IMG/VR virus record: IMGVR_UViG_3300032318_001844
Coordinates: 1-49,194 of that record
Direction: 5' to 3' (one strand)
From: a virus
Taxonomy: Duplodnaviria > Caudoviricetes
DNA length: 49,194 bases
Shown here: positions 7,910-16,988 of the stretch, piece by piece
Layout of the letters: each line of letters opens with the position of its first letter
Numbering within the stretch: the first letter of the stretch is position 1
Notes under the pieces: model-generated
Database searches by the model: none
Seen by the model: the letters and a program-made list of their open reading frames with translations, nothing else
Told to the model about the DNA's origin: nothing
Position numbers and translations under genes: made by a program

Positions 7910-9110
7910 GCGGATGCTAGGAAAGAACGTGCTTGAGGCGGCACGCGAGCGTATCGCGTGGACGTTCGACAACTGCGAGCGGGTCTACTGCTCGTTCAGT
8001 GCTGGCAAGGACTCAACAGCCATGATGCACTTGGTTATGGAGGAAGCGAAGCGCCGCAACCAGACAATCGGCGTGCTGTTCATTGACTGGGAGTGCCAGT
8101 TCTCAATGACGATCCAGCACGCCCGTCGAATGTTTGACCAATACGCGCAGTGGATAGAGCCGTACTGGGTGGCCGTCCCGATGACTACGTGGAATGGATG
8201 CTCGCAGCACGAGCCAGAGTGGATCGCATGGGACGAGAACAAGACCTGGGTGCGCGACAAGGAAGACGTGTCGATCAAGCGTGGTGATTTCTTTGACTTC
8301 TATATTCCAAACATGATGTTTGAGGAGTTCGTGCCGCTGTTCGCCCAGTGGTACGGTCGAGGCAAACGCACCGCTTGCTTCGTTGGCATTCGCACACAGG
8401 AAAGCCTCAACCGCTTTCGCACAGTCGCCCGCGACAAGCCGATGCTCGATGGAAAGCCGTACACAACGAACGTCGTGGAAGATTGCTGGAACGTCTACCC
8501 GATCTACGATTGGCAGACGGAAGACATCTGGACGTACGCGGCGAAAAGCGGGACCGCCTACAACCGACTCTACGATCGCATGCACCAAGCGGGCATGACG
8601 ATCCACCAGATGCGAATCTGCGAGCCGTTTGGTGACACGCAGAGGCAGAGTTTGTGGCTCTATCAAGTTGTCGAACCTGAGATGTGGGCCAAGCTCGTTG
8701 AGAGAGTTGCCGGTGCAAATACCGGAGCGTTGTATGGGAATGAACGAGGGAACATCCTCGGGAAAGGGGACATCGCCTGCCCGAATGGGCACACGTGGAA
8801 GTCGTATGTCCACTTCCTGCTCGGCTCAATGCCGCCTCGGACGGCTGAGCACTACAAAAACAAGATCGCCGTCTACCTGAAGTGGTGGAAGACTCGCGGC
8901 TACCCAGAGGAGATTCCGCACGAGGCAGACAAGAAACTGGAAACGCTCGGTAAGGCTCCAAGCTGGCGAAAGATCGCCAAGTCAATTTTGCGGAATGACT
9001 ACTGGTGCCGTTGGCTTGGGTTCAGCCCAACGAAGACGGCCGCCTATCAGCGATACATGGACCTCATGAAGCGTCGCCGTAAGGAATGGAAAATTTACGA
9101 GCCGGAATAG
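7902..9110 (+). CDS. ibrA: PAPS-reductase-like/DUF3440 protein, IbrA/YbdN family
   Basis: PP-loop SFSAGKDS, GIRTQESLNR, YPIYDW, MRICEPFG, NDYWC. Confidence 0.88.
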   Translation: MPKRMLGKNVLEAARERIAWTFDNCERVYCSFSAGKDSTAMMHLVMEEAKRRNQTIGVLFIDWECQFSMTIQHARRMFDQYAQWIEPYWVAVPMTTWNGCSQHEPEWIAWDENKTWVRDKEDVSIKRGDFFDFYIPNMMFEEFVPLFAQWYGRGKRTACFVGIRTQESLNRFRTVARDKPMLDGKPYTTNVVEDCWNVYPIYDWQTEDIWTYAAKSGTAYNRLYDRMHQAGMTIHQMRICEPFGDTQRQSLWLYQVVEPEMWAKLVERVAGANTGALYGNERGNILGKGDIACPNGHTWKSYVHFLLGSMPPRTAEHYKNKIAVYLKWWKTRGYPEEIPHEADKKLETLGKAPSWRKIAKSILRNDYWCRWLGFSPTKTAAYQRYMDLMKRRRKEWKIYEPE

Positions 9111-9119
9111 AATGCACAG

Positions 9120-9183
9120 CGATCCCGGCGGGCAGGCGGCGGAAGGATAAACCGCGCGGCCGAACCCGCCGGGGTCGTTTTTC
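9120..9183 (+). terminator. Intrinsic terminator closing the early/ibr operon
   Basis: 13-bp stem 9120-9132/9165-9177 (one G-U) followed by TTTTT. Confidence 0.65.
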
Positions 9184-9294
9184 TAAATTCGCGAATTGCG
9201 AAACAGGACACTACACGGGCGCGAAACGGTGTAGTGAGAACTTGTGTTTCTACTGTCCGTATAACCCGCCGCTTCCGTGTATTACGCCGCCCCT

Positions 9295-9327
9295 AACTGC
9301 AAGGCCACTGGCCTCGCGTGCCATGAT
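9295..9327 (+). promoter_or_regulatory. Class A promoter motif AACTGCAAG-N18-YANNNT
   Basis: AACTGCAAGG...TG.CATGAT; ATG follows 5 nt later. Confidence 0.65.
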
Positions 9328-9332
9328 CGGGC

Positions 9333-10124
9333 ATGCGACTCGTGGCGACTCTCATCGCCGTGTCGGCCCTCGCGGCATCGGCCGCCACGATCGATGAGTC
9401 GAGAGGCGACTCGCGATACCTCGACTACGGTGCGACGTTCGCTGGCTACGTCGTGCGAGTCGTCGGGCCGAACGCCGAGGGCGTGCCGCTCGCGGGCTCT
9501 GGCACGCTGGTCTCGCCGCACTGGGTTTTGACGGCGGCCCACGTGCCTCACGAGATGCAGTCGGTCACCGTCGTGCTCGGCGGCGAGCGTCTCGCGTGCG
9601 ACCGAGTCGTGCGGCATCCCGAGTGGACCGGCATCCACGGGTGGCACGACATCGCCCTGGTGCGACTCGGACAGCACCGGCACGCCGAAGTGTACCCACG
9701 GCTCGCTGACGGCACTGAGCGTCTCGGCAGCGTCGCCGCCGCTGCAGGGTACGGCATGACAGGAACGCTCACGCGCGGGCTCACGGGCGGCGACCAGCGC
9801 CTGCGGGCCGGGACGTGCGTCCTCGGGTCGATCGAGCACGGCGTGTACGTGTGCCCGATCCGCAGGACGCCCGACGCTGGCCCGCTCCCGGCGTGCATCG
9901 CGCCGGGCGACTCGGGCGGCCCGCTCTGGGCGACGGCAATCGACGGCAGCACGCGGCTCGTGGGCGTGAACTCCTACGTCGCGAGGGTCGGCGGAAAGAC
10001 GAGGTACGTCCTCGGCGAAGAGAGCGGGCACACCCGCGTGGTTCTCTACCTCGACTGGATCCGGAGCGTGGTCAGCGAACTTGACTCGCCATGCACGATG
10101 CCGGAATGCCGACCGCCACGTTGA
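9333..10124 (+). CDS. Secreted trypsin-like (S1) serine protease
   Basis: Signal-peptide-like N-terminus; LTAAHV (His), HDIAL (Asp), GDSGGP (Ser). Confidence 0.92.
   Translation: MRLVATLIAVSALAASAATIDESRGDSRYLDYGATFAGYVVRVVGPNAEGVPLAGSGTLVSPHWVLTAAHVPHEMQSVTVVLGGERLACDRVVRHPEWTGIHGWHDIALVRLGQHRHAEVYPRLADGTERLGSVAAAAGYGMTGTLTRGLTGGDQRLRAGTCVLGSIEHGVYVCPIRRTPDAGPLPACIAPGDSGGPLWATAIDGSTRLVGVNSYVARVGGKTRYVLGEESGHTRVVLYLDWIRSVVSELDSPCTMPECRPPR
10081..10099 (+). promoter_or_regulatory. Class B motif TTGAC(A/T)-N7-CACNRT
   Basis: TTGACT cgccatg CACGAT; ATG 6 nt downstream. Confidence 0.6.
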
Positions 10125-10327
10125 GATTCCGATTGCCCGAGGACGAGGGCGAGTTCCGCGACTGCGTCGAGGGCTCGCGGGCGAAGTCGATCGTCATCCT
10201 GCTCGATGACCACCTCGCCACCGAGATCAAGGGCGGCGAGCTCGGCCACGACGTGGAGGTCGCGTACCAAGAGCTCCGCGAGTGGCTGCGGAGTCAGTGT
10301 GCGGAGCACGGGCTCGATCTGCTGTGA
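10106..10327 (+). CDS. Hypothetical phage protein
   Basis: ATG just downstream of the class B motif; coupled to rusA. Confidence 0.65.
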   Translation: MPTATLRFRLPEDEGEFRDCVEGSRAKSIVILLDDHLATEIKGGELGHDVEVAYQELREWLRSQCAEHGLDLL

Positions 10328-10722
10328 CCATCACGCTTTCCATCCCCGGCGATCCGGTGCCGCAACCGCGCCCGCGAGTGTCAACGCAGGGCGGGTTCGC
10401 TCGGGCGTACGTGCCGAAGTCGCACCCGGTCCACGCATACCGACAGGCGATCGCGATGGCAGCAAGCGTCGCCGGGCTCCGCGAGCAGTCGCGGCCCGTC
10501 AGCGTCGTCATTGACGCGGTGTTCGCACGACCGAAGTCGCACATCAACAAAGCAGGCGTGAAGCCGACCGCACCGGCGCTGCCGCGTCCCGACGTGGACA
10601 ACCTGGGCAAGGCGGTCCTCGACGCATTGCAGGACGTGATGGGCGACGACACACACGTGGCTCGGCTCGTCGTCGAGAAATCGTGGGGCACCGAAGGTCG
10701 CACGACGGTGCGGATCACATGA
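10324..10722 (+). CDS. rusA: RusA-family Holliday junction resolvase
   Basis: PGDPVPQPRPR, RPDVDNLGKAVLDAL, DDTHV. Confidence 0.88.
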   Translation: MTITLSIPGDPVPQPRPRVSTQGGFARAYVPKSHPVHAYRQAIAMAASVAGLREQSRPVSVVIDAVFARPKSHINKAGVKPTAPALPRPDVDNLGKAVLDALQDVMGDDTHVARLVVEKSWGTEGRTTVRIT

Positions 10723-11288
10723 CCTACGAATTCACGCACGATTGGTTCTCGATGCGAACGAACGCCTGGCGTGAGCACGTGCTGCCTCGCCTGCCGCACC
10801 CGTGCCGCTGGCTGGAGATCGGATCGCACGAGGGCCGCTCTGCGTGCTGGATGCTCGATGAAGCACTGAAGCCTGGCGACACCATCACGTGCGTCGATAC
10901 CTGGGGCGGCCCGTTTGACGGGTTCTCGGCAGACAATCCCGAGGCGCGGTTCGACGCCAACCTCGCCGGACGTGCGGAGAAGTTCAAGGGACGCTCGCAC
11001 GTCTTTCTCGCCCGCGCTCTCGCCGAGCATCGGCTCTTCGACGGCATCTACATCGATGGCGGGCACGAGGGCCGCACGGTGCTCGAAGACACAGTCCTCG
11101 CGTGGCGTCTGCTCAAGGTCGGCGCTGTCATCGTCTGGGATGACTACGAATGGCGTGACCCGCATCCGCACCGGCAGCACCTGCCGACGCCGGAGCCCGC
11201 GATCGACGCGTTTCTCGCGATCTACGGCGGATGCGTCGAGGTCGTGCACCGCGAGTGGCAGGTGATCGCTGTGAAGCGGGGCGAGTGA
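10719..11288 (+). CDS. Class I SAM-dependent methyltransferase (Methyltransf_24-like)
   Basis: LEIGSHEGRS, CVDTW, IYIDGGH, WDDY. Confidence 0.85.
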   Translation: MTYEFTHDWFSMRTNAWREHVLPRLPHPCRWLEIGSHEGRSACWMLDEALKPGDTITCVDTWGGPFDGFSADNPEARFDANLAGRAEKFKGRSHVFLARALAEHRLFDGIYIDGGHEGRTVLEDTVLAWRLLKVGAVIVWDDYEWRDPHPHRQHLPTPEPAIDAFLAIYGGCVEVVHREWQVIAVKRGE

Positions 11289-11894
11289 ATGGACATCTAC
11301 GCGATCACGACGAGCGTCAACTACGCGGACTACCTGCCGCACTGTCTGCACTGCCTCGCGGGGCAGGTGTCGGGAGTATGCGTCGTCACGGCGACGAACG
11401 ACGCGAGCGTGGACGTGGCCCAGCGATTCGAGGCGACTCCGCTGATCTATGACGGGTGGCACGCCGACGGTGCTGCGTTCAACAAGGCGGGTGCGATCCG
11501 GTTCGCGCAGGAGCATCTGCACGCCGCGTACCCGGAGGCGTGGTATCTGCTGATCGACGCCGACGTGATGGTGCCGACGAACGCTCGCGAGATCATCGAG
11601 CAGGACGCGACGAATCCCGAGACGCTCTACGGAGCAAGGCGGGTCGATTTCCACACGCCCGAGCGGCTCGCCGACGGCAAGCCGAACAAGGCGTACGCCT
11701 CAATGTTCGCCGGGTTCTTCCAGCTCTACCGTCGGCACGTGCTGTATCCGGAGTGGTCGCGTACGGCCGAGCTCTGCGACCTGTCGTTCGCGAAGCAGTT
11801 CGCGTCGTGCGTCGTGCTGCCGATGACGGTCGGTCACTGCGGCGTCGAGGCGGTCAACTGGGAGGGGCGGCGGTCGCCGCTCTGGAAATGCTGA
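11289..11894 (+). CDS. Glycosyltransferase (GT-A fold)
   Basis: FNKAGA, LLIDADV DxD motif, GFFQL. Confidence 0.75.
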   Translation: MDIYAITTSVNYADYLPHCLHCLAGQVSGVCVVTATNDASVDVAQRFEATPLIYDGWHADGAAFNKAGAIRFAQEHLHAAYPEAWYLLIDADVMVPTNAREIIEQDATNPETLYGARRVDFHTPERLADGKPNKAYASMFAGFFQLYRRHVLYPEWSRTAELCDLSFAKQFASCVVLPMTVGHCGVEAVNWEGRRSPLWKC

Positions 11895-12661
11895 CCATCT
11901 TCACGCTCGTGCTCAACGGGCAGCCGTATATCGAGCAGCACCTAGCGACACTTCGCCAGCTCACGATCCCGTGGCAGTGGCGGATCGTCGAGGGCGTCGC
12001 GGCACCGACGCACTGCACGGCGTGGTGTCAGACGATGCCGGATCGCTGGCACCGCGACTACGTCAGCGTGGACGGGACGCACGAGTACGTGCGAGCGGTG
12101 AACAACACGCCGAACGTCACCTGCTCGTGGCGGCACTCACCGTGGGACGGCAAGATCGCGATGATCGCCCGCGCTCTCGAAGGCGTCGAAGGCGGCGTCG
12201 TCATGCAGGTGGACAGCGACGAGCTCTGGCAATCGTGGCAACTGGAGCGGATCTACTGGCTGTTGATGCAACAGCCGGTGGCGACGGCCGCGCGGTTCGC
12301 CTGCCGCTACTGGGTCGGACCCTCGAAGCTACTGTCATCGACGACGGGCTGGGCACGCGGCGAACTTGAATGGCTGCGGGCGTGGCGTTGGGGGCCGGGC
12401 ATGCGGTTCCTCCGACACGAGCCGCCGATCGTCACGGGGTTTGACCGGTGCGTCACGATCGAATCAACGCAGGCGGCCGGGCTCGTGTTCGATCACTTCG
12501 CGTACACGACCGAGCAGCAGATCGCCATGAAGCAGGACTACTACGGGTACACGGGGCTGACCGATGCGTGGCATCGGCTCCAGGCGACGAGCGGGCCTGT
12601 GAACTTGCAGGAGTTCTTTCCGTTCGCCATCGGGGCGACGGCGGATGACGTGGGGATATGA
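11888..12661 (+). CDS. Glycosyltransferase (GT2-like)
   Basis: IFTLVLNG, IVEG, SVDGT, QVDSDELW. Confidence 0.75.
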   Translation: MLTIFTLVLNGQPYIEQHLATLRQLTIPWQWRIVEGVAAPTHCTAWCQTMPDRWHRDYVSVDGTHEYVRAVNNTPNVTCSWRHSPWDGKIAMIARALEGVEGGVVMQVDSDELWQSWQLERIYWLLMQQPVATAARFACRYWVGPSKLLSSTTGWARGELEWLRAWRWGPGMRFLRHEPPIVTGFDRCVTIESTQAAGLVFDHFAYTTEQQIAMKQDYYGYTGLTDAWHRLQATSGPVNLQEFFPFAIGATADDVGI

Positions 12662-13518
12662 CGACCTTCACCATCACCGCCGCCGACATCGAGGCTTACC
12701 GCCCCGACGTGCTGCTCCCGCCAGACGAGGAGTTCGCTGAGCAGTACGCAGCCGACGTTCGCATCGGGCGAGAGATCGCCGCCGAGCGGACGGTTGCCTT
12801 CGTTGCCATCTGCCGCAACGCCATGCCCTGGCTACCGCAGACGCTCGGGCTCGTAGAGGAGACGGGCGCGATGTTTCGCTCGTGGTCGGCGTACATCTTC
12901 GAGAACGACTCGTCCGACGAGACGAAGGACGCGCTCGCGGCGTGGGCTGATGGCACGCAGAGGCAAGTGTCGCTGAACATCAACCACCGGCCGCACCTCT
13001 CGCACACGATCGCCACCGAGCGAACGATCGCACTCGCGGAGTACCGCACGCAGTGCCAGTGGTGGGTGCGGCACGGCGAGCCGTGCGACTATGTCGTCGT
13101 GTTCGACTCCGATGCCTGGGGCGGCTGGAGCGTGGACGGCGTGGCGACGAGCGTGGCACATATCGAGGCTGCTCGCGAGGCGTCGTGCATGGCGAGCTAT
13201 TCGTGGGCGGAGCACAACGGGCACGCGATCCACTACGACGCATTCGCTGCACGCCAGAACCACTGGAGGCGTCGCGACCAGACGTGGTTCCACCACTGGC
13301 ACCCGCCTGTCGGCTCGCTGCCTCTGCGATTCAACAGCGCCTTCGGACAACTGGCGCTCTACCGGAGGGACGCCTACCTCGCCATGCGGTACAGCGGCGA
13401 GGACTGCGAGCACGTGTGTGCTCATCGCACGATGCCGGGGCGGTTGTATCTCAACCCGTCGAGCCGGTGCGTCTCCTACTGGACACCACGCGATGCCCGG
13501 CAACACGGCGACAATTGA
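12658..13518 (+). CDS. Glycosyltransferase, CAP59/mannosyltransferase-like
   Basis: AICRN, FENDSSDET, VFDSD, SAFGQLALY, CEHV. Confidence 0.7.
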   Translation: MTTFTITAADIEAYRPDVLLPPDEEFAEQYAADVRIGREIAAERTVAFVAICRNAMPWLPQTLGLVEETGAMFRSWSAYIFENDSSDETKDALAAWADGTQRQVSLNINHRPHLSHTIATERTIALAEYRTQCQWWVRHGEPCDYVVVFDSDAWGGWSVDGVATSVAHIEAAREASCMASYSWAEHNGHAIHYDAFAARQNHWRRRDQTWFHHWHPPVGSLPLRFNSAFGQLALYRRDAYLAMRYSGEDCEHVCAHRTMPGRLYLNPSSRCVSYWTPRDARQHGDN

Positions 13519-13888
13519 CGCCGCGATCCTCCGCGTGCAGTGGGAATCGCAGATGCCGATGGCGGAAATCTGCACGCACTGGACGATCGCTAAGGACCAG
13601 CTCATACGCCTGCGCGACGTGTGGCATCTGCCAAAGCGTCACGACCGCTCGCTCCGCTACAAGCCGCCCCGTGATCCTGGCCCCGATGACGAGGAGGAGC
13701 GGGCAAGCCGCGAGAGCCTGTCGCTGGCTCCGCAGGTCGCCGCCCGTGCGACGTGCGTGCAAGCGCTCTGGACTGAGCAGCAACGCCTCGATCGCACGAT
13801 GGCGACGACGCCGAGCGAGGGGATGCTTCGCTGGATCAAAGCCAAGGACATCGTCCAGCGGTTCGTCGGAGACGAACTGCAAGGCTAG
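13493..13888 (+). CDS. HTH-like protein, probable paralogue of 6215-6559
   Basis: Similar W..HTH N-terminus and W.E..R..R C-terminal motif. Confidence 0.6.
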   Translation: MPGNTATIDAAILRVQWESQMPMAEICTHWTIAKDQLIRLRDVWHLPKRHDRSLRYKPPRDPGPDDEEERASRESLSLAPQVAARATCVQALWTEQQRLDRTMATTPSEGMLRWIKAKDIVQRFVGDELQG

Positions 13889-13907
13889 GGGGACACCGTG
13901 GCAGACT
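13875..13907 (+). promoter_or_regulatory. Class A promoter motif
   Basis: AACTGCAAGG-N17-CAGACT with upstream TG. Confidence 0.65.
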
Positions 13908-13932
13908 CGTGGGATACCCCGGAGTACGTGCC

Positions 13933-14238
13933 ATGGATGCCCGCGAGCTCGGTGCCACGCCCGACGAGATCACGCAGTACGGCGCGACGCTGTCGTTCTG
14001 GGACGCGCTTCGCCTGCTCCAGAAGTACAGCCCGGTCGTGAACTACGCCCGTGCGTTCATCGGCGAGATCGACCCGTACAAGAAGGGCTTGGTCGTCGCC
14101 GATGCGTGCGAGTGGATCGCGCAGCAGACCGACGCGCGGCTCGACGACGAGCTCGTGCGGCACGTTGCGGCGGTGCTGAAGACCGCCGAGGGCGAGGCGC
14201 TGGTCCGGTTCTGCCTCTTCCAGGTCGGGGTGAAGTGA
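13933..14238 (+). CDS. Hypothetical protein
   Basis: GGAG RBS; first gene after a class A motif. Confidence 0.65.
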   Translation: MDARELGATPDEITQYGATLSFWDALRLLQKYSPVVNYARAFIGEIDPYKKGLVVADACEWIAQQTDARLDDELVRHVAAVLKTAEGEALVRFCLFQVGVK

Positions 14239-14239
14239 G

Positions 14240-14842
14240 ATGACGACCGATGCACTCCTACGCATCCTCGCCGTCGCTGCTGCGGTTGCTTTGCTCGCTG
14301 CGCCGTACGCTGGGCAAATCCGCGCTGCGGCCACCGCAGCCGCCGAAGCCATCCGGCAGCACAGCGGGATCATCGGGCGTCTGATCGCTGCGAGCCTGCT
14401 CATCGCCGCCGCGTGGGGCAAGGTGCCGATGCCGACGCTGCCGACGCCCGAGGCCCAGGTCGTGATCGAGGTCGAGGAGCCCACGCCGGAACTACGGCGG
14501 CTCGTCGAACCCGTCAGGACCGCCCTCGCGTCGGCGTCGATGCGTGACCGTGCGACATGGGCCGAGACGTGGATGAAGTCAGGCGTCGTCGTCGCTGCCG
14601 ACAACGTGCAATCTGCGCCCGTGCTCGCGGACGTGCGGGCTCTGCGTGCGTTTCAGGTCGTCGCTCTCGACGTGGCGTGGCGTCGTATCGGTGGCGTCGC
14701 GCCCGGAAAGTACCCCGGACTGAAGGACGGCGTCGAGACGGCGTTCGCCGATGTGCTCGGGCTCGATGACGTTACCGTCGATGCGTCGCTTCGTGAGCGG
14801 TACGTGGCTCTCGTGCGTGCTCTGGCGTGGGCTGCGAGGTGA
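14240..14842 (+). CDS. Membrane-anchored protein (two N-terminal hydrophobic segments)
   Basis: Hydrophobic helices, then a Pro-rich linker and helical domain. Confidence 0.7.
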   Translation: MTTDALLRILAVAAAVALLAAPYAGQIRAAATAAAEAIRQHSGIIGRLIAASLLIAAAWGKVPMPTLPTPEAQVVIEVEEPTPELRRLVEPVRTALASASMRDRATWAETWMKSGVVVAADNVQSAPVLADVRALRAFQVVALDVAWRRIGGVAPGKYPGLKDGVETAFADVLGLDDVTVDASLRERYVALVRALAWAAR

Positions 14843-14845
14843 CAC

Positions 14846-15778
14846 GTGGCACTCGACGCTCACGCCTTCGGCTACGATCCCGATCCGGCTGGTGCCGAGG
14901 CGTTCGCCTCGACGCTGCCGCGTCCGACGCTCGCCCAGGCGGGGCCGGATCTCGTCGCTGACGGCAAGACCGAGACGCACCTCTGGCCCGCCCTGCTCCA
15001 GTGCTCACCCGGCTGGAAGCGTGGTTCGCAGGGCACGGTCGGCTCGTGCGTCGGCTGGGGCGCGAGCCTCGCGGTGGATCTCACGAGCGCGTGCGACATC
15101 GTCTACCGACGCGAGCCCGAGGTCTGGCGTGGCCGCACGATCGAAAGTTCTCTGTACGGGTTCTCTCGCGTCGAGGCTCGCGGCAAAACCGTGAACAACG
15201 GCGGCGACGGCTCCACGGGCTTCCACGCTGCGAAGGCGATCCGCGAGTTCGGGTGCCTGCACTACGGCGTCGAGTACGGGTCGGTCGTCATCGCCGAAAG
15301 CGGCAAGCAAGATCGCGATCGATCGTGGGGCCGCAACGGCGTGCCGGACGAACTCGAACCGTACGCCCGCGAGCGGCGGTGCAGCGAGGTCACGCTTGCC
15401 GTGGACTTTGAGCAGGCGGCGGCGGCGATCCAGAACGGCTACCCCGTCGTCGTGTGCAGCGGTCAAGGATTCTCGATGTCCCGCGACGCTGACGGCTTCT
15501 GCAAGCCGGGCGGCACGTGGTGGCACTGTATGTGCCTGGCTGCGGTGAGGTGGGGCAAGCGTCCCGGTTTGCTGTGCCTCAACTCGTGGGGCGACTCGAA
15601 CACGACCGGCAAGCACTACCCCGAGACGATGCCGACAGCGGTGCGGAATTGCTCGTTCTGGATCGACGCGGACGTATGCACCCGGATGCTTTCGGGCCGC
15701 GACTCCTACGTCTACGCCGGGTACAGCGGCTTCAAGCGAACGCAGATCCCCAACTGGACCGGAGACATTCTCGGATGA
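14846..15778 (+). CDS. Papain-like (C1A) cysteine peptidase
   Basis: QGTVGSCVGW (oxyanion Gln, catalytic Cys), WWHCM (His), NSWG (Asn). Confidence 0.85.
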   Translation: MALDAHAFGYDPDPAGAEAFASTLPRPTLAQAGPDLVADGKTETHLWPALLQCSPGWKRGSQGTVGSCVGWGASLAVDLTSACDIVYRREPEVWRGRTIESSLYGFSRVEARGKTVNNGGDGSTGFHAAKAIREFGCLHYGVEYGSVVIAESGKQDRDRSWGRNGVPDELEPYARERRCSEVTLAVDFEQAAAAIQNGYPVVVCSGQGFSMSRDADGFCKPGGTWWHCMCLAAVRWGKRPGLLCLNSWGDSNTTGKHYPETMPTAVRNCSFWIDADVCTRMLSGRDSYVYAGYSGFKRTQIPNWTGDILG

Positions 15779-16029
15779 GATGGCTCGTCGCTTTTGCCAT
15801 CGTGCTCGTGGGCTGCGTGGCGTCACTGCCGCGTGACGATGCCGCGATCACTGCGGACCTCGCAGCCGAGACGGCACGTGAGGTGATTCGGCTGCGTCAC
15901 GAGGTCGCACCGACGCCGGTGCCGCCAGCGCCGGGCAGCAAATGCTCGAACTGCGACGGACGCGGGTACGTCGGTGACGGGAGGGTTCGCGTCCCGTGTC
16001 AGCCGTGCGGTGGAGACGGAGTTCTATGA
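15775..16029 (+). CDS. Lipoprotein with DnaJ-type CxxCxGxG zinc finger
   Basis: Lipobox LVGC; CSNCDGRG and CQPCGGDG. Confidence 0.7.
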   Translation: MRWLVAFAIVLVGCVASLPRDDAAITADLAAETAREVIRLRHEVAPTPVPPAPGSKCSNCDGRGYVGDGRVRVPCQPCGGDGVL

Positions 16030-16385
16030 CCCGCGACGAACTCTACGAGCACGTCTGGAAGCGCCTCCCCATGCGGAAATACATGGTGGGCCGCGAGACC
16101 GTCCACGACCTGACGACGCTGGCGATCGAGAACTGGGAGGGCGAGTACCTGGGCCACGCCGAGAGCGAGGAGGGCCGCGACATCGTCGCGATGTCGATCG
16201 CCGGGAAGGTGAAGCGGTCGCACCAGTGGCAGAGCGGTCGCGAGCCACAGGAGTACGGGTTTTTCTGGACGCTCATGCTGGGTGCGATCGTCAATGCGAT
16301 TGTGCAGATCATCGTGAAATGGTGGCTCGAACGCAGTGTCAACCGCGTTCTCATGGCGGCGTGGCAACAGGAGTTGACTCGATGA
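16026..16385 (+). CDS. Single-TM membrane protein
   Basis: YGFFWTLMLGAIVNAIVQIIVKWW; ATGA-coupled. Confidence 0.65.
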   Translation: MTRDELYEHVWKRLPMRKYMVGRETVHDLTTLAIENWEGEYLGHAESEEGRDIVAMSIAGKVKRSHQWQSGREPQEYGFFWTLMLGAIVNAIVQIIVKWWLERSVNRVLMAAWQQELTR

Positions 16386-16651
16386 CGCGAGAGGAAGTCA
16401 CGACGAGCCTGCACTCGATCATGGAGCGATGGGGCTTCCCCGTGCTCGTCGCCGTGGCGGTTGGATACGTCATGCGGCAGGACGTGCTGCTTCCGCTCGT
16501 CGAGGCTCACCGGCAGTTCCTCACGCAACTCGGCGAGACGCAGCGGGAGATCGCTTCGGCGGTGCAGGAGCAGACCCGCCTGCTGTACGCCTTGCAGCCG
16601 AACGCACGCGAGACGCCGTACAAGGTCAGCGCCCCGGTGCAGGAGAAGTGA
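16382..16651 (+). CDS. Holin-like single-TM coiled-coil protein
   Basis: WGFPVLVAVAVGY TM followed by a coiled coil, a BhlA-like architecture. Confidence 0.5.
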   Translation: MTREEVTTSLHSIMERWGFPVLVAVAVGYVMRQDVLLPLVEAHRQFLTQLGETQREIASAVQEQTRLLYALQPNARETPYKVSAPVQEK

Positions 16652-16652
16652 A

Positions 16653-16988
16653 ATGGCAGAGTTCAGCCTGCTCCCCGGTCAACTCGCGCTGAAGACGCGG
16701 CGCGGCGACGAGTTCAGCGCAACCGTCACGCTCTCACAGGGCACGGCGTCGTTCTCGCTCACCGGCTACACCGTCACGGCGGGCATCACGTCGCTCGTGG
16801 ACGGCACCAGCGTGGACGACTTTACCTGCTCGGTCGTCTCGGCGACTGCGGGCACGGTGTCGATCTCGCTCCAAGAGAACGAGACCTCGGCGCTTGCGTC
16901 TGGTTCGTATGCTTGGTCACTGCGGTGGATCGCGCCGGGCGCGGTCACTCGCACCGCACTATCCGGTGTGCTGGAGGTGACGCGGTGA
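16653..16988 (+). CDS. Ig-like/BppU-like virion adaptor protein
   Basis: GDEFSATV...GTVSISL..ETSAL..G.Y.W.L beta-rich pattern. Confidence 0.6.
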   Translation: MAEFSLLPGQLALKTRRGDEFSATVTLSQGTASFSLTGYTVTAGITSLVDGTSVDDFTCSVVSATAGTVSISLQENETSALASGSYAWSLRWIAPGAVTRTALSGVLEVTR

